DNA of 63,836 nucleotides, filler included, from Perkinsus olseni (Eukaryota): NCBI GenBank assembly GCA_013115125.1. It is 2 parts of 2 records of this genome, joined end to end, with 100 filler letters (N's around TTAATTAATTAA, not from the genome) between each part and the next. Parts side by side here need not be neighbours in the genome. Positions count along the whole stretch, not along the records: positions 1 to 31,872 come from JABANN010000409.1; positions 31,973 to 63,836 come from JABANN010000410.1. One strand, 5' to 3'. Shown piece by piece: positions 22,675 to 38,635 of this stretch (position 1 is its first letter; each line of letters starts with the position of its first letter). The notes under the pieces were generated by a model. It saw only the letters and a program-made list of their open reading frames with translations, ran no database searches and was not told where the DNA came from. The position numbers and the translations under genes were made by a program.

Positions 22675-23913
22675 TCACTGCATCTCCACGTCACTACTGT
22701 CATCATCCTCAGCCGCCTTCTTCTCCCGGTCCGGGTCCATGAACCAAGTGTAGAAATCATCCAACATCACCGGCCATGCTCCACCGGCTATGTCGTAGTC
22801 TGACTTTAGAGTATCTTCATCTCGCATGGCACCAGTGGCAGCCTCCCACAGCATTTGGTACCTATTGAAAATTCCGGTGCTCGAAAGCCCCCACACTGAG
22901 TCTACTTACGTGTCTTTACTAACATTATGACGACACTCCTCCTTCACGAATTGCGCCCATTGGGGATAGAGACTCCAGTGAGGCTTGAGGAAGATGGACC
23001 ACAGTTGCAGGCACCCGTCAATCTACATGCACAAACAAGGAAATTTACAGACAATCTCCAAATACGCTGAAGTCTAATTAGGCACTTGACGATATTCTCA
23101 CAGGAAGTGTCTTCGCTCCAGAGTCCAGCGAGTACGTGAATGCATATCGGTATATCTGCTCGCTCGAATTGCGATCTTCATCGATCTCCTTCCGCAACTC
23201 CGGCAGGGCTTCCCGCAGGCCCTCCATCGAGTCCACTCCAATTCGCTGCATGCCATTGGTCCACTCCGACCTGACAATTTCAGTAGACATACCAGTAGAT
23301 CTATACTTATCCCACAGGAGATTGCGAAGAGAAGAACACCACGTTAGATACCACTCCGAAACCCGCTGTGGAGGCGTCGAAGCTGCCAGGATACTACTTA
23401 GTGAATTCGCCCATGGTCTCTGCCTGGCAATAATACGCGATAGTCAACCAAGCTTCATCCATCGGATCGTCCCCAAGATCATTACATAGCCTAGGAGAAC
23501 GTGCTGTATGTGGATACTGATGCCGACGGCAGCCTCGGAGCTCACCGTTCGATCCCAGCTATCCCGATCGTTCGCCCATCGGGACCTTCGGTACTGGGCG
23601 AAGCATAGTCCGAGAAGAATCGACCAAGCTTCGAGTTGTTAACCTAAACGATAATGTGTAGTTACAACGTGAGATAACAATTAGAACAAATAAGAGGCAT
23701 TGCAAGACAAGTAAGGCAACCTACGATCTACTCTGTAAAACCTCAGACCCGGACTTTTCCAACAGAACCATCTCAGAGACTTTCTACTGTCCTTCTGAGA
23801 TCTACCTTCCTGCGCAAAACACGCTGATGCTCTCGTGTTTCAGAATTGGCTGGAGCCTGGTGACTGCGCTTGTTAGTCGTCCGCTTCAGCCGTTTTGTCG
23901 GAGGGCTGGCCAT
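22675..23913 (-). CDS. DCN1: DCN1-like cullin neddylation protein (PONY domain)
   Basis: SEWTNGMQRIGVDSMEGL..IYRYAFTYSLDSGAKTL..LWSIFL..VSKDTYQMLW..DYDIAGGAWPVMLDDF; basic N-terminus MASPPTKRLKR. Confidence 0.88.
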
Positions 23914-26230
23914 GCAAGTGGAACGCAACAATTCACTGCAAAGTGAGGGAAACGGTAGTTCCATCCTACCATCCGCGCCCTGGGCCGAGCAGCCCCGCCG
24001 CATAATAACAAGGGAATAGAGTGGCCAGGACAAACTCTGAGGCTTGCTGTCAATTCCTACGCCTTTACACGCCTACCCCTCGATAACTTCACGAAGAGAT
24101 TTTCACTCTCAACCGGCCGTCAGTGAAGGCCCGTCACCCGGAGGAGATCCTTGTCCACAAGTTCGAAAAGTCTATCATCCAAGTTTAGGGTCCCTCCAGC
24201 TTCGACGTTGAACAGGAACACCTTCGACATGTAATTCTGCTTGATCACACCCTCGTAGATGTCTCTGGGGACAGAAATGTTTAATTTCTTCTGAAGAGCA
24301 TCTGGCCACGGGCACTCTGGGGACGGCCCCCCTCCCTTATCCTCAAGGAGGCGTACAATACGCTTGCAATGTGTTTATATAGCACATGCACAGGGTATAG
24401 CATTTCTACAGATACGTTCGCCACCATCCTCATCTGAAGTTATTTCCCCCGTTGACAAATGCCTCGTGAGGACGCGCCGCGTCAGTTTGAAGGAGTTATC
24501 CGATCATGATCCTGGGACTACTCCGGCTGATAACAGACGGGATATTAATCAGTTTATTTGTGAGGCGCACCTTTCAGTGAAGATCAAGTACAGTCAAGAT
24601 TTCGCGGCGAAGACTCTAGCTTCACCGGTTCACGGCTCATTCCACTCTTCGCGTTCATCCGCCTCCTCATGGTAAGCGGCTTATTGCTAGTTCGATTGGG
24701 ACTCCAGTGGGTAATAGGAGTTAAGAAGTTCACGAAGGAAGAGGGGCGAGTGATTTGCCGCGAAGTTCAGCTACTGCACGAGAACCTGTGGTGAGATTCC
24801 ACCTGATGTCCACCACGAAGCTATTCGAAGGTTGAACCACGTCTACGACGAACCAATCCTTTCGCAGTCTGTGGTTCTCGCGCACCCTGGAGGCAAGCGT
24901 CGGACATGCTGCAGAGAGTTTGTTGCAATGGAACATCGGCTTGATGGGGAATACTCGTCGCAGCGCCCGATTTTCTGTGCAGCGATCTAACTGTCAGAAG
25001 GTCGAGGGTAGTTGCATTGATATACCAAGAAAGATCAGAAAAACTAGTAATATTGTGATAACAGCACCAGGCTTTGGTCAGGATCGACAAACTATCTGTA
25101 AGTGAGATTTTCGAGGAACTTAGAGCAAGTAACATAGACGTCCGAAAAATTTTGAAGCGTCTTAACGACGCTGGACGTCCTTAGTAAGTACTACGCCACG
25201 GTTCAAAGAAGGCGGTCGCTGCCATACTCTCGCTACGGAGCCAGTGATGAGAATTCCGCGGTCGAAATTATCTGCAGGAGAACGCTGGACCTACTTTGCA
25301 TTTCCTATTCAAAGAGCGACTCGACTTGTAACAACCAGAGTGCCCGGAATCTGAGACATGAGGATACCAGGCTGAGGGCGTGTAACAGATAAGGACCATT
25401 CATACACGTGGCGGACCGAAGTATCGCGATTCTGCTGCGAATGCAAGAGATTGCGGAATTTTTTGTTGTGAATCCCCAACATCGACGCGAACAATGCTGC
25501 CCTACCATTTACTACCGTTGCGCCCGTTCGCTGAGTCCTTGCAAGATCCTGCTCCAGGTGCGCCATCGTGATAAAACATGTCAAGGGCGCCCTCTAGTGA
25601 CCAATGGGCACGCTGTAGATACGACAAAGCGATCTGAGAGGGGTTCCCGGTTCTAGGTTACTTCGAAGACGAATACTATGCAGCTCAGATTTCGACACAC
25701 CAACTCCTCATCACTACCTGCTCGGTTGTGCCACTAATTTCGGCGAACTCGCCAACTAACGCGTTCTGTCTCGCTGTCGTGCCACGTAGAGACGAGGACA
25801 TTAGAGAAGGGAGGTACAGAACTTCCAACCTACTGAGACAAACTATTAGGCAATAGCTCACTTATCCAACCCCGTTCCCCCAAAGAATCGGCCAAGTAAA
25901 GGATGGCCGTCCCGGGAGTACAACTGCGGATTATTTATAACGACTCAACTCAAGATGAGTCTACAAATGCGGCCTGCACAGGTCTTATGCTGACAACAAT
26001 AAACGGTTACAGAGATTTATGGTGCCAGATGACTAAGTTCCTTTGGGAAGGGCATTTGCGCCCGGATATAATAGTAAGACTAATAAAAATAAGATGACTC
26101 GTTCTACTGTGCCTACTTATAACGGTGGGTATGACACCAATTTTATAAGAAACCATTCACAGGGCTTATATCAGCAGATTCTGCCGAGTCTATGACGCCC
26201 TCTTCAACGCGTAAGTTGATAACTTCGGGT

Positions 26231-27523
26231 TCAATAACCTGAATGAAAACCAAAACTACGTGGTGTACGATCATTCAAGTGTAGGTTGTGTACTACCTCT
26301 TCTTCGACTGTGTCAGCAACTTTTGATCGAACGTTTTCAGGGATCAAGGAGTCCAAAGAGGAACGACACAACGGACAACACAACCTATCGAGCAGCGAAT
26401 ATACCCTCAGCAGTCTCAACAGATGCCGACATAGGAAGGACTCACTTCCGAGATTTGCAAAACCATTTATTCAAACACTCATGGTGGAAACCATGATGAC
26501 ATGTTCGCAACTGGCAGTCACTCTCCGAGTCCAAGCAGATCGCACATTCAGAATCCGGAGCTCGCGAGCAGGGTGTCGACCAATCAGCAGCCCGAACGCT
26601 ATCAGCGTCGACATTCTCATTCTCTCCATCGAAGTGTACCACAAGCGGCAGTAAGTCGCGCGCAACTACATCGGAATCTGCGGGTACCTGGCGATCATGC
26701 AGGGCTGACTTCACACGAGGCGAGCTTGACACCCACCCTGAAATGCGGAGCCTCCTGTACGCTCAGTCTGCGGTTGACGAAATCATGAGAGTTTTCTCTC
26801 CACCACTGCCTAGCCGAGGCGTGTGCTTGGTTCAGACCGTGTTCCCGGACTTCCTCCACGGAGAGATCACTCGGCCACCACGATCGGACTGCACATCAGG
26901 GATGTCCAACAAGGTGGCCCCGGCTAACACCCTCGCGACGCAAGAAGCACAACTGATTCTCCTTGGATCCCCTCAATTTACTTGAGTCTCACGTGTGTTT
27001 CAGAGACCACCAACGCCCGTACTACCCGTTAAGATAACATCGACATCCATGGCAACCTCAGCGATGCACACGTGAGCCGGTCTGCCGCCAACTGATGCCC
27101 TAGAAAGCTCGATCCCTCCGCCCGGTCGACAAGAAACCGGGCACGCCGCCGAAACAGCCCGTCGGACATAGGAAGAGAAGAGTGACTGACCAAAGCACAC
27201 GTCAGTTGCCGTATCCAAATAGACGCCGGGACTCACCCAGACGGAAGCGATGCCTGACATCTGTTTAGGAGATGCTCCTGCAGCGTCCGACACCTAGCCA
27301 AACAACAATGACTGTTGCACTGGAGACACATAACTACTACCTGCTCGGATGAGGACGATTCCTCCATCCATTCGCCAGCCGGCGATCCCGGCGGAGCTCT
27401 GATGCCGGGCACAGGAGTTCCAGCTTCACTCGAGTCGGTTATCTCCGAGCCTGGGGAGGAAGATTCTGCTTCAACGCTCTGGCATCCCCTGGAGAGCTTA
27501 CCACGCTCATGGGGCATGGGCAT
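26231..27523 (-). CDS. RING-H2 zinc finger protein (putative E3 ligase); 5' exons uncertain
   Basis: CAICLDSESDCQLRTCHHGFHHECLNKWF spliced to LCCPLCR gives C3H2C3 spacing. Confidence 0.75.
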
Positions 27524-28437
27524 GTTGGATTGCTGGAGATGAGCTGGAAGTATCAACCGTGAAGGCATACAAAGGTTGAGTTGGTTGATTACTAAAAAGC
27601 GGTAAAAAGCTGAAATGCTCCTTCCCAGAAACACAAGCTACCTTACAGAGAGCGAGAACTACTCCACTTCGAATATGATGAGCAACCCAACACGATGAAA
27701 AGAAAGAAAAACTGTCCGAAACTTCCCAGACTACGGGGGCTACAACGGAAACTCGGCGTGCCGGTAGCAGCAGCACCTATCACTATGCTACAACCGGGGA
27801 ATGATGCACATAGGAGTCAAGCACCGCAGCAACTGTCTTACAAGCAAAAACATGGCGATTGCCAATACCGCCCATTCTGCTCGGGCGCCTTGAAGCAGCG
27901 AGCGGATCTGACACACACGAGCTCACCGATTTCACCAGAGCTCCGATGCTGAGACTCCAAAAGCATGGAAAAGTACTCGTCGGACGATACGAAGACACCC
28001 TCGGAGCAATTGATGCTCTCAATGGCAACGACGAGGAAGCTATCTTGTTACTGTGATATCTTGTTATGGTGTTATCGATGTATCGACGGAATCGATACAA
28101 TGCGGCGTCACAAGCAACTAACCCTGGCGTGACGGCTTGATACTCGCATGCCACAGCTGCCGCAGAAAAGCAGTAGTAGTACAGCAATAGTAGCAAGTAA
28201 AGAGTAAGTTGGAAAATGATAGCAATACCGGTCGGCTGAAGTCGGGCGGTTATGGAGCGACAACACGGTCACGTACGCAACGTAGTAAGCCAGGAGACCA
28301 ATGCGTGAGCCATCCACGCTCAAGCTCTCCGTCAATGGTGAAGGCCGACCTTAGTGGCACGATAGAATCGCGCACAATGAGCACTAAAAATGGACAAGCC
28401 AGCACAGCCACAACTGCAAGCCCTACTCTTCCTACTG

Positions 28438-30032
28438 CTAACCGCCACCACCCCTGACGTAAGTACGCGAAGACCAAGTATCCCCGTAGGCGCCAGGCAT
28501 AGTATTCGTCAGAGGAGCGTCAGACTGGGGCACCACACCACCGCTAGGAGAGTATCCACCGCGGGTGATAGCGTATGCACGGCTGGGACCATCCAGAGGC
28601 ATACCAGCAGGGTGATACGTCGTCATATGACCGTAGCCTTGACTAGCATACTCACCATAGTACGGCCTGGCTTGATAGGGTATGCCACCACCAGGGGGAT
28701 TACCATGACCATGACGGGCCGGCACCTCCATCTCAGCGTAACCATAGTCCCAACTGCCTCGATAGAGCGTGTGGTGATAGCCTTCTTGATGATCAGCGGT
28801 GGAGCGTAGCGGCGGTTGACGCGTCGAACAGTGTATCGCGAAGGGAGGCCCCGGCTGAGGAGAAGGGGGGATGCGGGCGGCGTGACAAGCCTGTTGTCGG
28901 AGATCTGATCGCATAGTACAGACGCCCGAGACCTGCTGTTGTTGCTGCTCATTGAATGAAGGACAATAGCGATTGGCGCCCTCGGAGAAGACGGAGTCCC
29001 GCCGCTGATGATGATAGGCGAAGCCTGTGTAGGTAGGCTGAGCAGCAGCAGGCATAGGAGGGCATGGCTGCTGGTGGGGCTGTACCATCCCGGGATGCTG
29101 CGGGCCAGCATCGGGATAGAAGAACTGCGGTGGATGACCATAGGTGACGGTCGGGGTCGGGCCACAACCCATCGAGTATGGCGAGCATTCACCGTAAGGA
29201 GAGTTACCATCAATGGCTGGTGGAGAGGCAACACTGTAGTAGACCCCAGAGTACATCTGACTGGCATGGTAGTATCCATCATAAGCTGCTGCTGCTGCTG
29301 CTGTCGGTGGTGGTGGTGGCTGATGATGGACAAAGCCGCTGTGCGCTCTCGGATCCACGGCGTAATACCCGTCCTCGATGTAAGGCCGATCATCGCAGGA
29401 GCCATGCCACCCAAAAGAACCGTTCGTGCCCTTCTGCACGCCATACACGAAATCCGTAGCAGCAGGCGCCTCCGACCCTCGACGACTGACCGACGATCCG
29501 CCACTTTCGCTACTCGCAAGAGTAGAGGTGTTACCAATACTCAGCTGTCGTGAGGATGGGCATTTATCCACCGCCAAAACGCGCCGACGAGAATGAGATG
29601 AGCTCCTCGATGAGAGAGGCGCCGACGATTTCAATGACCGCCAAGTCGGCCTACCCGTCCAGCGTGGCTGGGGCAGCATCGGGGCCTTGAGCCTCGGGTA
29701 CTGGGCATACGCACTGCTGAATTCGAGTGCCATCCAAGTGAGACAAAGATGCACTGAAGCCCAATGGAACTTTACGGGAAGGCATTACAGCGAGAACAGC
29801 AAGGTAACCGAGCGATAAGGACTGACCTCGATGTTCCTGTCTGCGACAAGGGATCAGCAACAGGAGCAAACCAAGGAAACCCAGTCATCGCCCGAAAGTT
29901 CGGGTGATGCTCCGTACGCCACCTTTTCTGTCGGTGGCAACCCAAGTGGGTTGACGGGAGAAGCAAACACACCTCCGCCGCCGCCGGTATTCTTCGAACT
30001 CGACTGAGTAGATCTCCAGAAACACGGGACAT
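28438..30032 (-). CDS. Low-complexity Pro/Gln/Tyr/Gly-rich protein, copy 1 (5' end uncertain)
   Basis: 438-aa ORF 28438-29754; paralogous to 31272-31872. Confidence 0.55.
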
Positions 30033-31271
30033 GACTCACGAGAGAGCTTGGCAAGTGAGACGTCCACGATTAACTTGTCATGCAACCATTGGCAACTGCT
30101 ATCATAACGACGACGACATGGCAGTACCTAGCCCTTGGCCGACTCCCGCCCTAACAAGCTCAATCCTATCATCTGGGCCACAAGGCAGCGGACACGCCCC
30201 TCACGCAGGAGACGAGCGACTAAGGCAAAATAAACGCGAAATCAAGCGTCACGAGATGAGCGGTCGAAAAAAGCATGAAGTACGCAACCCAGGGAACCAC
30301 ACCCAGAATATAATGAACGCAACACTACATACAGAAAAAACATGTCTGAAACTTCTGAGACGGATGCTACGGAAACTCATCGACCGGCGGCAGCGTCCAG
30401 TATGCTACCACCGGGGAGTAGTGCTCCTCAGGAGCCTGACACTCGGCCAATGACAACAGCTACTGTACTGGCAATGCACTGTTACGATTGCCAATACCTA
30501 CTACCGGTAGTAAGCCGAGAAAAGTTAATACGACGAGCTACGCACACCGCTAACAAGAAAGCTTCAATATTACGACTCCTAAAGCACGTAAAAGCCGTTT
30601 TCAGGCAGTAAATGACACTTTACAGCAAATGATGCCGCCAGTGCCAATCAGGACACCAAAACACGACACGCGATCAGATAACCACGTAGTCAACGTGCGC
30701 AGGCCTCCAGTGATGAGAGTGATGATATAAAAAGTGCCAATACGGCAGAGCTGTTATATACCACGAAAACTTGAGTCGAATGCTGCCTCTAATGACGCCA
30801 CATTCTACCGCTTCTTGAGACTGGATCGTTCTAGTTGAGAGAGGTCTAGGGTTGAGTTCATGGGAGAATCCCGGAATACCAAAAAGTCTGTGATGAGACG
30901 CGATACATAACCAGCCACGAGCAGACGGCCATAACGTGGCTGCTGCTGATCGATGGTGATGGTAATAACGATACTAGATGCGCCATGTAGTCTAACGATA
31001 CAACTGTTACATAAGTATAGCTTGCAGTAGTACAGATCGATACAGGACTAGTAGAAGACAAATGATAGCAATCACTGTCCTACTGATAAGGCTTCTGCAG
31101 TGTGAAACTATTAAGCACGCAGAACAGTAGTAGCAGCAGCAGCAGCCCTAATTACGGTATGAACTTCGAGAGAAATATGGTTCAACAAAATCTTCGCAAG
31201 GAGTAGAGCTGCAGAGATAGGTTAGGCAGTACAGCCTAAGACAACTACGAACCCTAGATCTCATAGTCTTC

Positions 31272-31872
31272 TCAGTCACCGCCGCTGAGTCCAGTGCGGG
31301 GCGACCAATTATCATTAGACCTGCCAGTCACATCAAGAGAACGATCAGCTTGATTCATCATAGCATCTTGACTCATAGCGTATGCTCGACTAGCACAATC
31401 CAGGGGCGTACCACCAGGGTGATATGTCGTCATATGACCGTAGCCTTGACTAGCATACTCACCATAGTACGGCCTGGCTTGATAGGGTATGCCACCACCA
31501 GGGGGATTACCATGACCATGACAGGCCGGCACCTCCATCTCAGCGTAACCGTAGTCCCAACTGCCTCGATAGGGCGTGTGGTGATACGGTCCATGATAGG
31601 GGACGGCAGAGAGTTGCGGCGGCTGCTGCTGCTTCGGGTAACTCACCGCAGAGGGCGGGGGAGCTGGAGGGGGAGGGGGGATGCCAGCGCCATGACAATA
31701 CTGCTGTCCTGGTTGCGGTGGCACAGGGCACACGCCCGAGGCCTGCTGTTGCTGCTGCTCATCGAATGAAGGACAATAGCGATTGGCGCCCTCGGAGAGG
31801 ACGGAGTCCCGCCGCTGATGATGATAGGCGAAGCCTGTGTAGGTAGGCTGAGCAGCAGCAGGCATAGGAGGG
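31272..31872 (-). CDS. Low-complexity Pro/Gln/Tyr/Gly-rich protein, copy 2 (5' part lost in assembly gap)
   Basis: Shares MPAAAQPTYTGFAYHHQRRDSV and YRGSWDYGYAEMEVPA..YASQGYGHMTTYHP with copy 1. Confidence 0.55.
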
Positions 31873-31972
31873 NNNNNNNNNNNNNNNNNNNNNNNNNNNN
31901 NNNNNNNNNNNNNNNNTTAATTAATTAANNNNNNNNNNNNNNNNNNNNNNNNNNNNNNNNNNNNNNNNNNNN
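31873..31972. other. Assembly gap with artificial six-frame stop linker
   Basis: N run with TTAATTAATTAA at 31917-31928. Confidence 0.98.
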
Positions 31973-32196
31973 GATTTCATTTGCACTAACTCCTGGTGCT
32001 TTGTGTTTCCCATATGACTGACGGTGACTCTTCCCAACAGCAACAGATTTGGGTAAAACCGGGGATGTATCCTGCGCCGTATGTAGCGCTCGCCATGGTG
32101 ATCGATAAGGGTTTTAGCATCCTGACAGGCAGTCACATTACTTGAACTTTCACTATTCTTCCTGGCCGACGTCGCCTTTTCATCACCTGCCACAGG

Positions 32197-35592
<3,396 letters not shown>

Positions 35593-35649
35593 GCAGCACA
35601 ATACAGCCGACCACAGTTACTGATCAACGTGAACACGTTGTTGTAATCT

Positions 35650-36215
35650 ACATCTACTACCACCATCGCAGTTTCTACGTTTCATGCGGATGTTGGGTTC
35701 AGCTATATCAATCATCTCCGGGACGACCTAGAAGTTGCGGCCACGGAGGCGATAGTCCAGGGTAACCGACGTACATTACTGTAACAGCGGTACGCCACGA
35801 CTGAGGCAATGAGATCCGACCTCTCCTGGATTCGAAGAAGAGGGTCTGTTCGTACTGGAGGATGGCATTGGGTTGGAAAACTCTCTGTTATTCACGGTGG
35901 CTTTTACGTTAGAACTACTACACCGAGTTTCCGGTTCAGAACCGAGCTATTAGTAACATCAAGACGTAAACTAGGCTTGCAAGGGAGGAATCTTGAAGCG
36001 AGACAGTCAGCTGTGCGCGACTTTCTACTCACAGACGAAAGCAGCAAGGAGCACATCCTGTATTGAAGCTCACAGCTCTCGTTATGTGGGGCATAGGGAT
36101 CCACGTTCTTCTTCCTGCCAATCTTGGGCGCGGCGAGACCATTTGTCGCCAAATGCTTTCTCTTCATAGCCGCGCTTCGGGATCCACCTATAACCTTGGA
36201 CGATTGCCGGGCCAT
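35650..36215 (-). CDS. Small hypothetical basic protein (3' end uncertain)
   Basis: ATG at 36215, MARQSSKVIGGSRSAAMKRKHLATNGLAAPKIGRKK; divergent from the ProRS-like gene. Confidence 0.4.
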
Positions 36216-36286
36216 GGCGGAGCTTGAGGCTGTCTGACCCCTAGACTGGTTGCATGCGAATCAGTATTGGACTGTCTGATGGATCT

Positions 36287-38394
36287 ATGATCTCCACGTT
36301 ACGAGTTCTCACCGTTGGGTCGAAGAGAAAACATATCCACGGACTTTTGGCCTGCTGCTGTGTAGCAGCGAAAAGATGCAAGTAAAGCCTGCCGTGAGGG
36401 AGCGTACACTCTCATCGTCGTCGTTCTTGCAGGGCCACTAGTCTCACCACCGAGGGGTCTGCTGGCGACAAAAGTGAGTGTGTCGCGTATCCAAGGTTTA
36501 TCCGTGTTCCACGCAGATGTTCTGAGATACAGGAAAGAGAGAACGCTGAGGCGTTGGTATCGTGAAGTGGGAACAGCCGAAGTTTCCCTTCTTTGATCCA
36601 GCCCCCCCCCAGGTGGTTGAGCGTGGCGGTCTGGCCAGGGCTCATGACCTTCCAGGCTGTTTCATCATGCTTCCCTCCAGCATGTACATCTGGGATACGA
36701 TTCGAGAGAGAGTCACCATCGAACTGGGCCGGTACCGATGCTCACGATCTCTCCGATTTACGGTAGCCCTCAGGGTCGGAGTCAAGCCGTGCTGCTTCCC
36801 GCTGTTCGTGCCTAGCCGACCAGTCCCTTCTGCGGTATCGTCTGCGGAGTGTCTGCCTGGCCTGGTCACCAAGGCTGGTGGATCGACCCTCAACGAGCCT
36901 GTGGGTGGGTCGTTCCACTAGGATGGCTGCGACCAAAGTATCTTTCGGTGTTCAGCTTTACGGATATCAAGTGACGAGGTGGCGGAGGCATGCCTATCGG
37001 AGTGGATTCGCTCCCATCGTGATTTACCCTTGAAGCTCAGCCACTGGGGAAGCTCGATGAAGTAGCTGGCATACGCCTTGTGGCTCTCATTCGGAAGTCT
37101 CAGGTTCAATTCCCGGTGGCGTCATCTACCTCTCCTCAAATGTCGAGAAGTTCTTCAGCAGGAAGGATATGCAGCTCACAAGTCTCTCGACGAGGTGCCT
37201 TCAGAGTACCGTCATTACTGTCATTAGTGCCGGGGCGCAGGGCACTGCCATCCGCCTTCACCTTTCGTGCCATCATCCTGTCCCCCTTCCACCGTCGATT
37301 GAGCTCCTCAGGGGGAAGAGAGGCCGGGAGGCTCGTGATTGTTCTCAGGCTGAGGCGTTCGCAGGCAGCCTTATAGAACTTTATCGTAATGTATTCAAAG
37401 ACCTTCTCGCTCTGTCGACGGAGGAGGGCACCTCAGAAGGTGGGACACCCTCACCAAGTCGTGTACCGATCCCTCCCACCTTTAGATGGTGCCACCCGCT
37501 TACTCGATGCCCTCATCAGCGACGGTTGCCGTGTTCGTGTTTTAACGGTCGTCTGCAAAAGGGCCGTGGAGAACGTCCAGTTCGAGGATAGGTGCGGTCT
37601 CCTATTTCGGGAACTTGCCTGTCATTAATCTCATCAGCGATGGTGTCCGGAAGGGCGCACACCTGGTCACTTGGAGCATCGACTTTGGTGTCATCGGCGC
37701 CATGGTGATGGTACACGGAGATGACAGGGGCCTCGTTATCCCACCAAAGTGACTCCCTCCTCGTCGAGTTAGCCTGATGGTTGCTCTTCTTTAGCGTGGC
37801 TGAGACACAGGCGGTAGTCATACCTATGCCTCCCTCCAGAGATGTCGGCCCGGCCCAGTGGGAGGTCAAGATGAGAGCGATTGAGCGGAGATGCGAAGTG
37901 AACGGACCGAGACCCTGTGTAGCCCTGAGGCGAGGGGCAGGCTGGGTTCTCTCTGTTAGGAGGTGCGGGATGTCCTACTGAGCGATGGCATCCGATGCAT
38001 CTTCGATGATGATACTAGGAAGAAGAGGCCAGGTTTCAAGTTCACCAGATGGGTGAGGGTGGCAGCTACACTATGCTGTGGCCATCGTTCTCTCGTAGGA
38101 TCTTCAAGGAGTTCCTCTGAGCATTCAGCTCGGTTGCGATGAGCTCGAGTCGAAGACTCTTACCATTGGTTACCGGCACAGTGGGCAGAAATTCAATCGA
38201 GAGGCATTGAGCATTGACAGGGTAGAGTGATGTGCTACGACCGACGTCAGCCTTCAAGCTCTCCCGGGACCGCCCTATGTGAGCACGACTTCAGGTGTAC
38301 GAGCTCTGTCTTCTCTAAGATACGTTGCCATCTCGGCCGTATCGCCACGGAGATGTTATCATCTGCTCGCCGCCATCACCGCGATGCGGCATGA
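36287..38394 (+). CDS. Divergent ProRS paralog, catalytically degenerate, with putative mitochondrial presequence (14 exons)
   Basis: Hand splicing gives an open frame: MISTLRVLTVGSKRKHIHGLLACCCVAAKRCKATS..RRWYREVVERGG..DLPGCFIMLP..GVKPCCFPLFV..WIRSHRDLPLKLSHW..REVLQQEGY..HGDDRGLVIPP..RPGFKFTRWDLQGVPLSIQLG..RRHHRDAA*. Confidence 0.85.
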
Positions 38395-38635
38395 CTACCA
38401 AGCCACACGATCAATTGAATACGATGCCCTCAGCGGGTAGCGCTGACTCGTTGTTGGAGCGAGATGTTTTTAAACCCGTTTCTCGTCGAATACGTCGGCT
38501 TTCGTTGATGTGAACGCGGGGCCTTCGGGCCTCCAGCGAGTCTTCGCTAACTTCTAGTCATTCACCGTCGTCTCCCCCATCTATCCAAGCGCGCAGCATT
38601 CCTGTTCAAATGAGCCCACACATGAGAGGCTTCAT

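Noticed and set aside
24060-25650. Several minus-strand ORFs, possibly a gene or transposon remnant
   Set aside because: No recognisable motif, termini or coherent splice model.
26900-27330. Possible Yippee/Mis18-like CxxC pair upstream of the RING domain
   Set aside because: I could not splice the segments into one frame with consistent intron phases.
28629-28640. ACCGTAGCC, resembling the start of the dinoflagellate/Perkinsus spliced leader (also ~1670 and ~31437)
   Set aside because: Only 9 nt match, and it is the antisense of coding sequence (GYG codons).
31917-31928. TTAATTAATTAA palindrome
   Set aside because: Artificial stop linker inside the N gap, not biological.
35650-36215. CRIPT-like identity for the small basic ORF (DPYAP..C)
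   Set aside because: The expected downstream CxxC repeats were not found.
36287-38394. ProRS paralog as an ordinary pseudogene
   Set aside because: No stop or frameshift across 14 exons and all splice sites are canonical despite heavy protein divergence.
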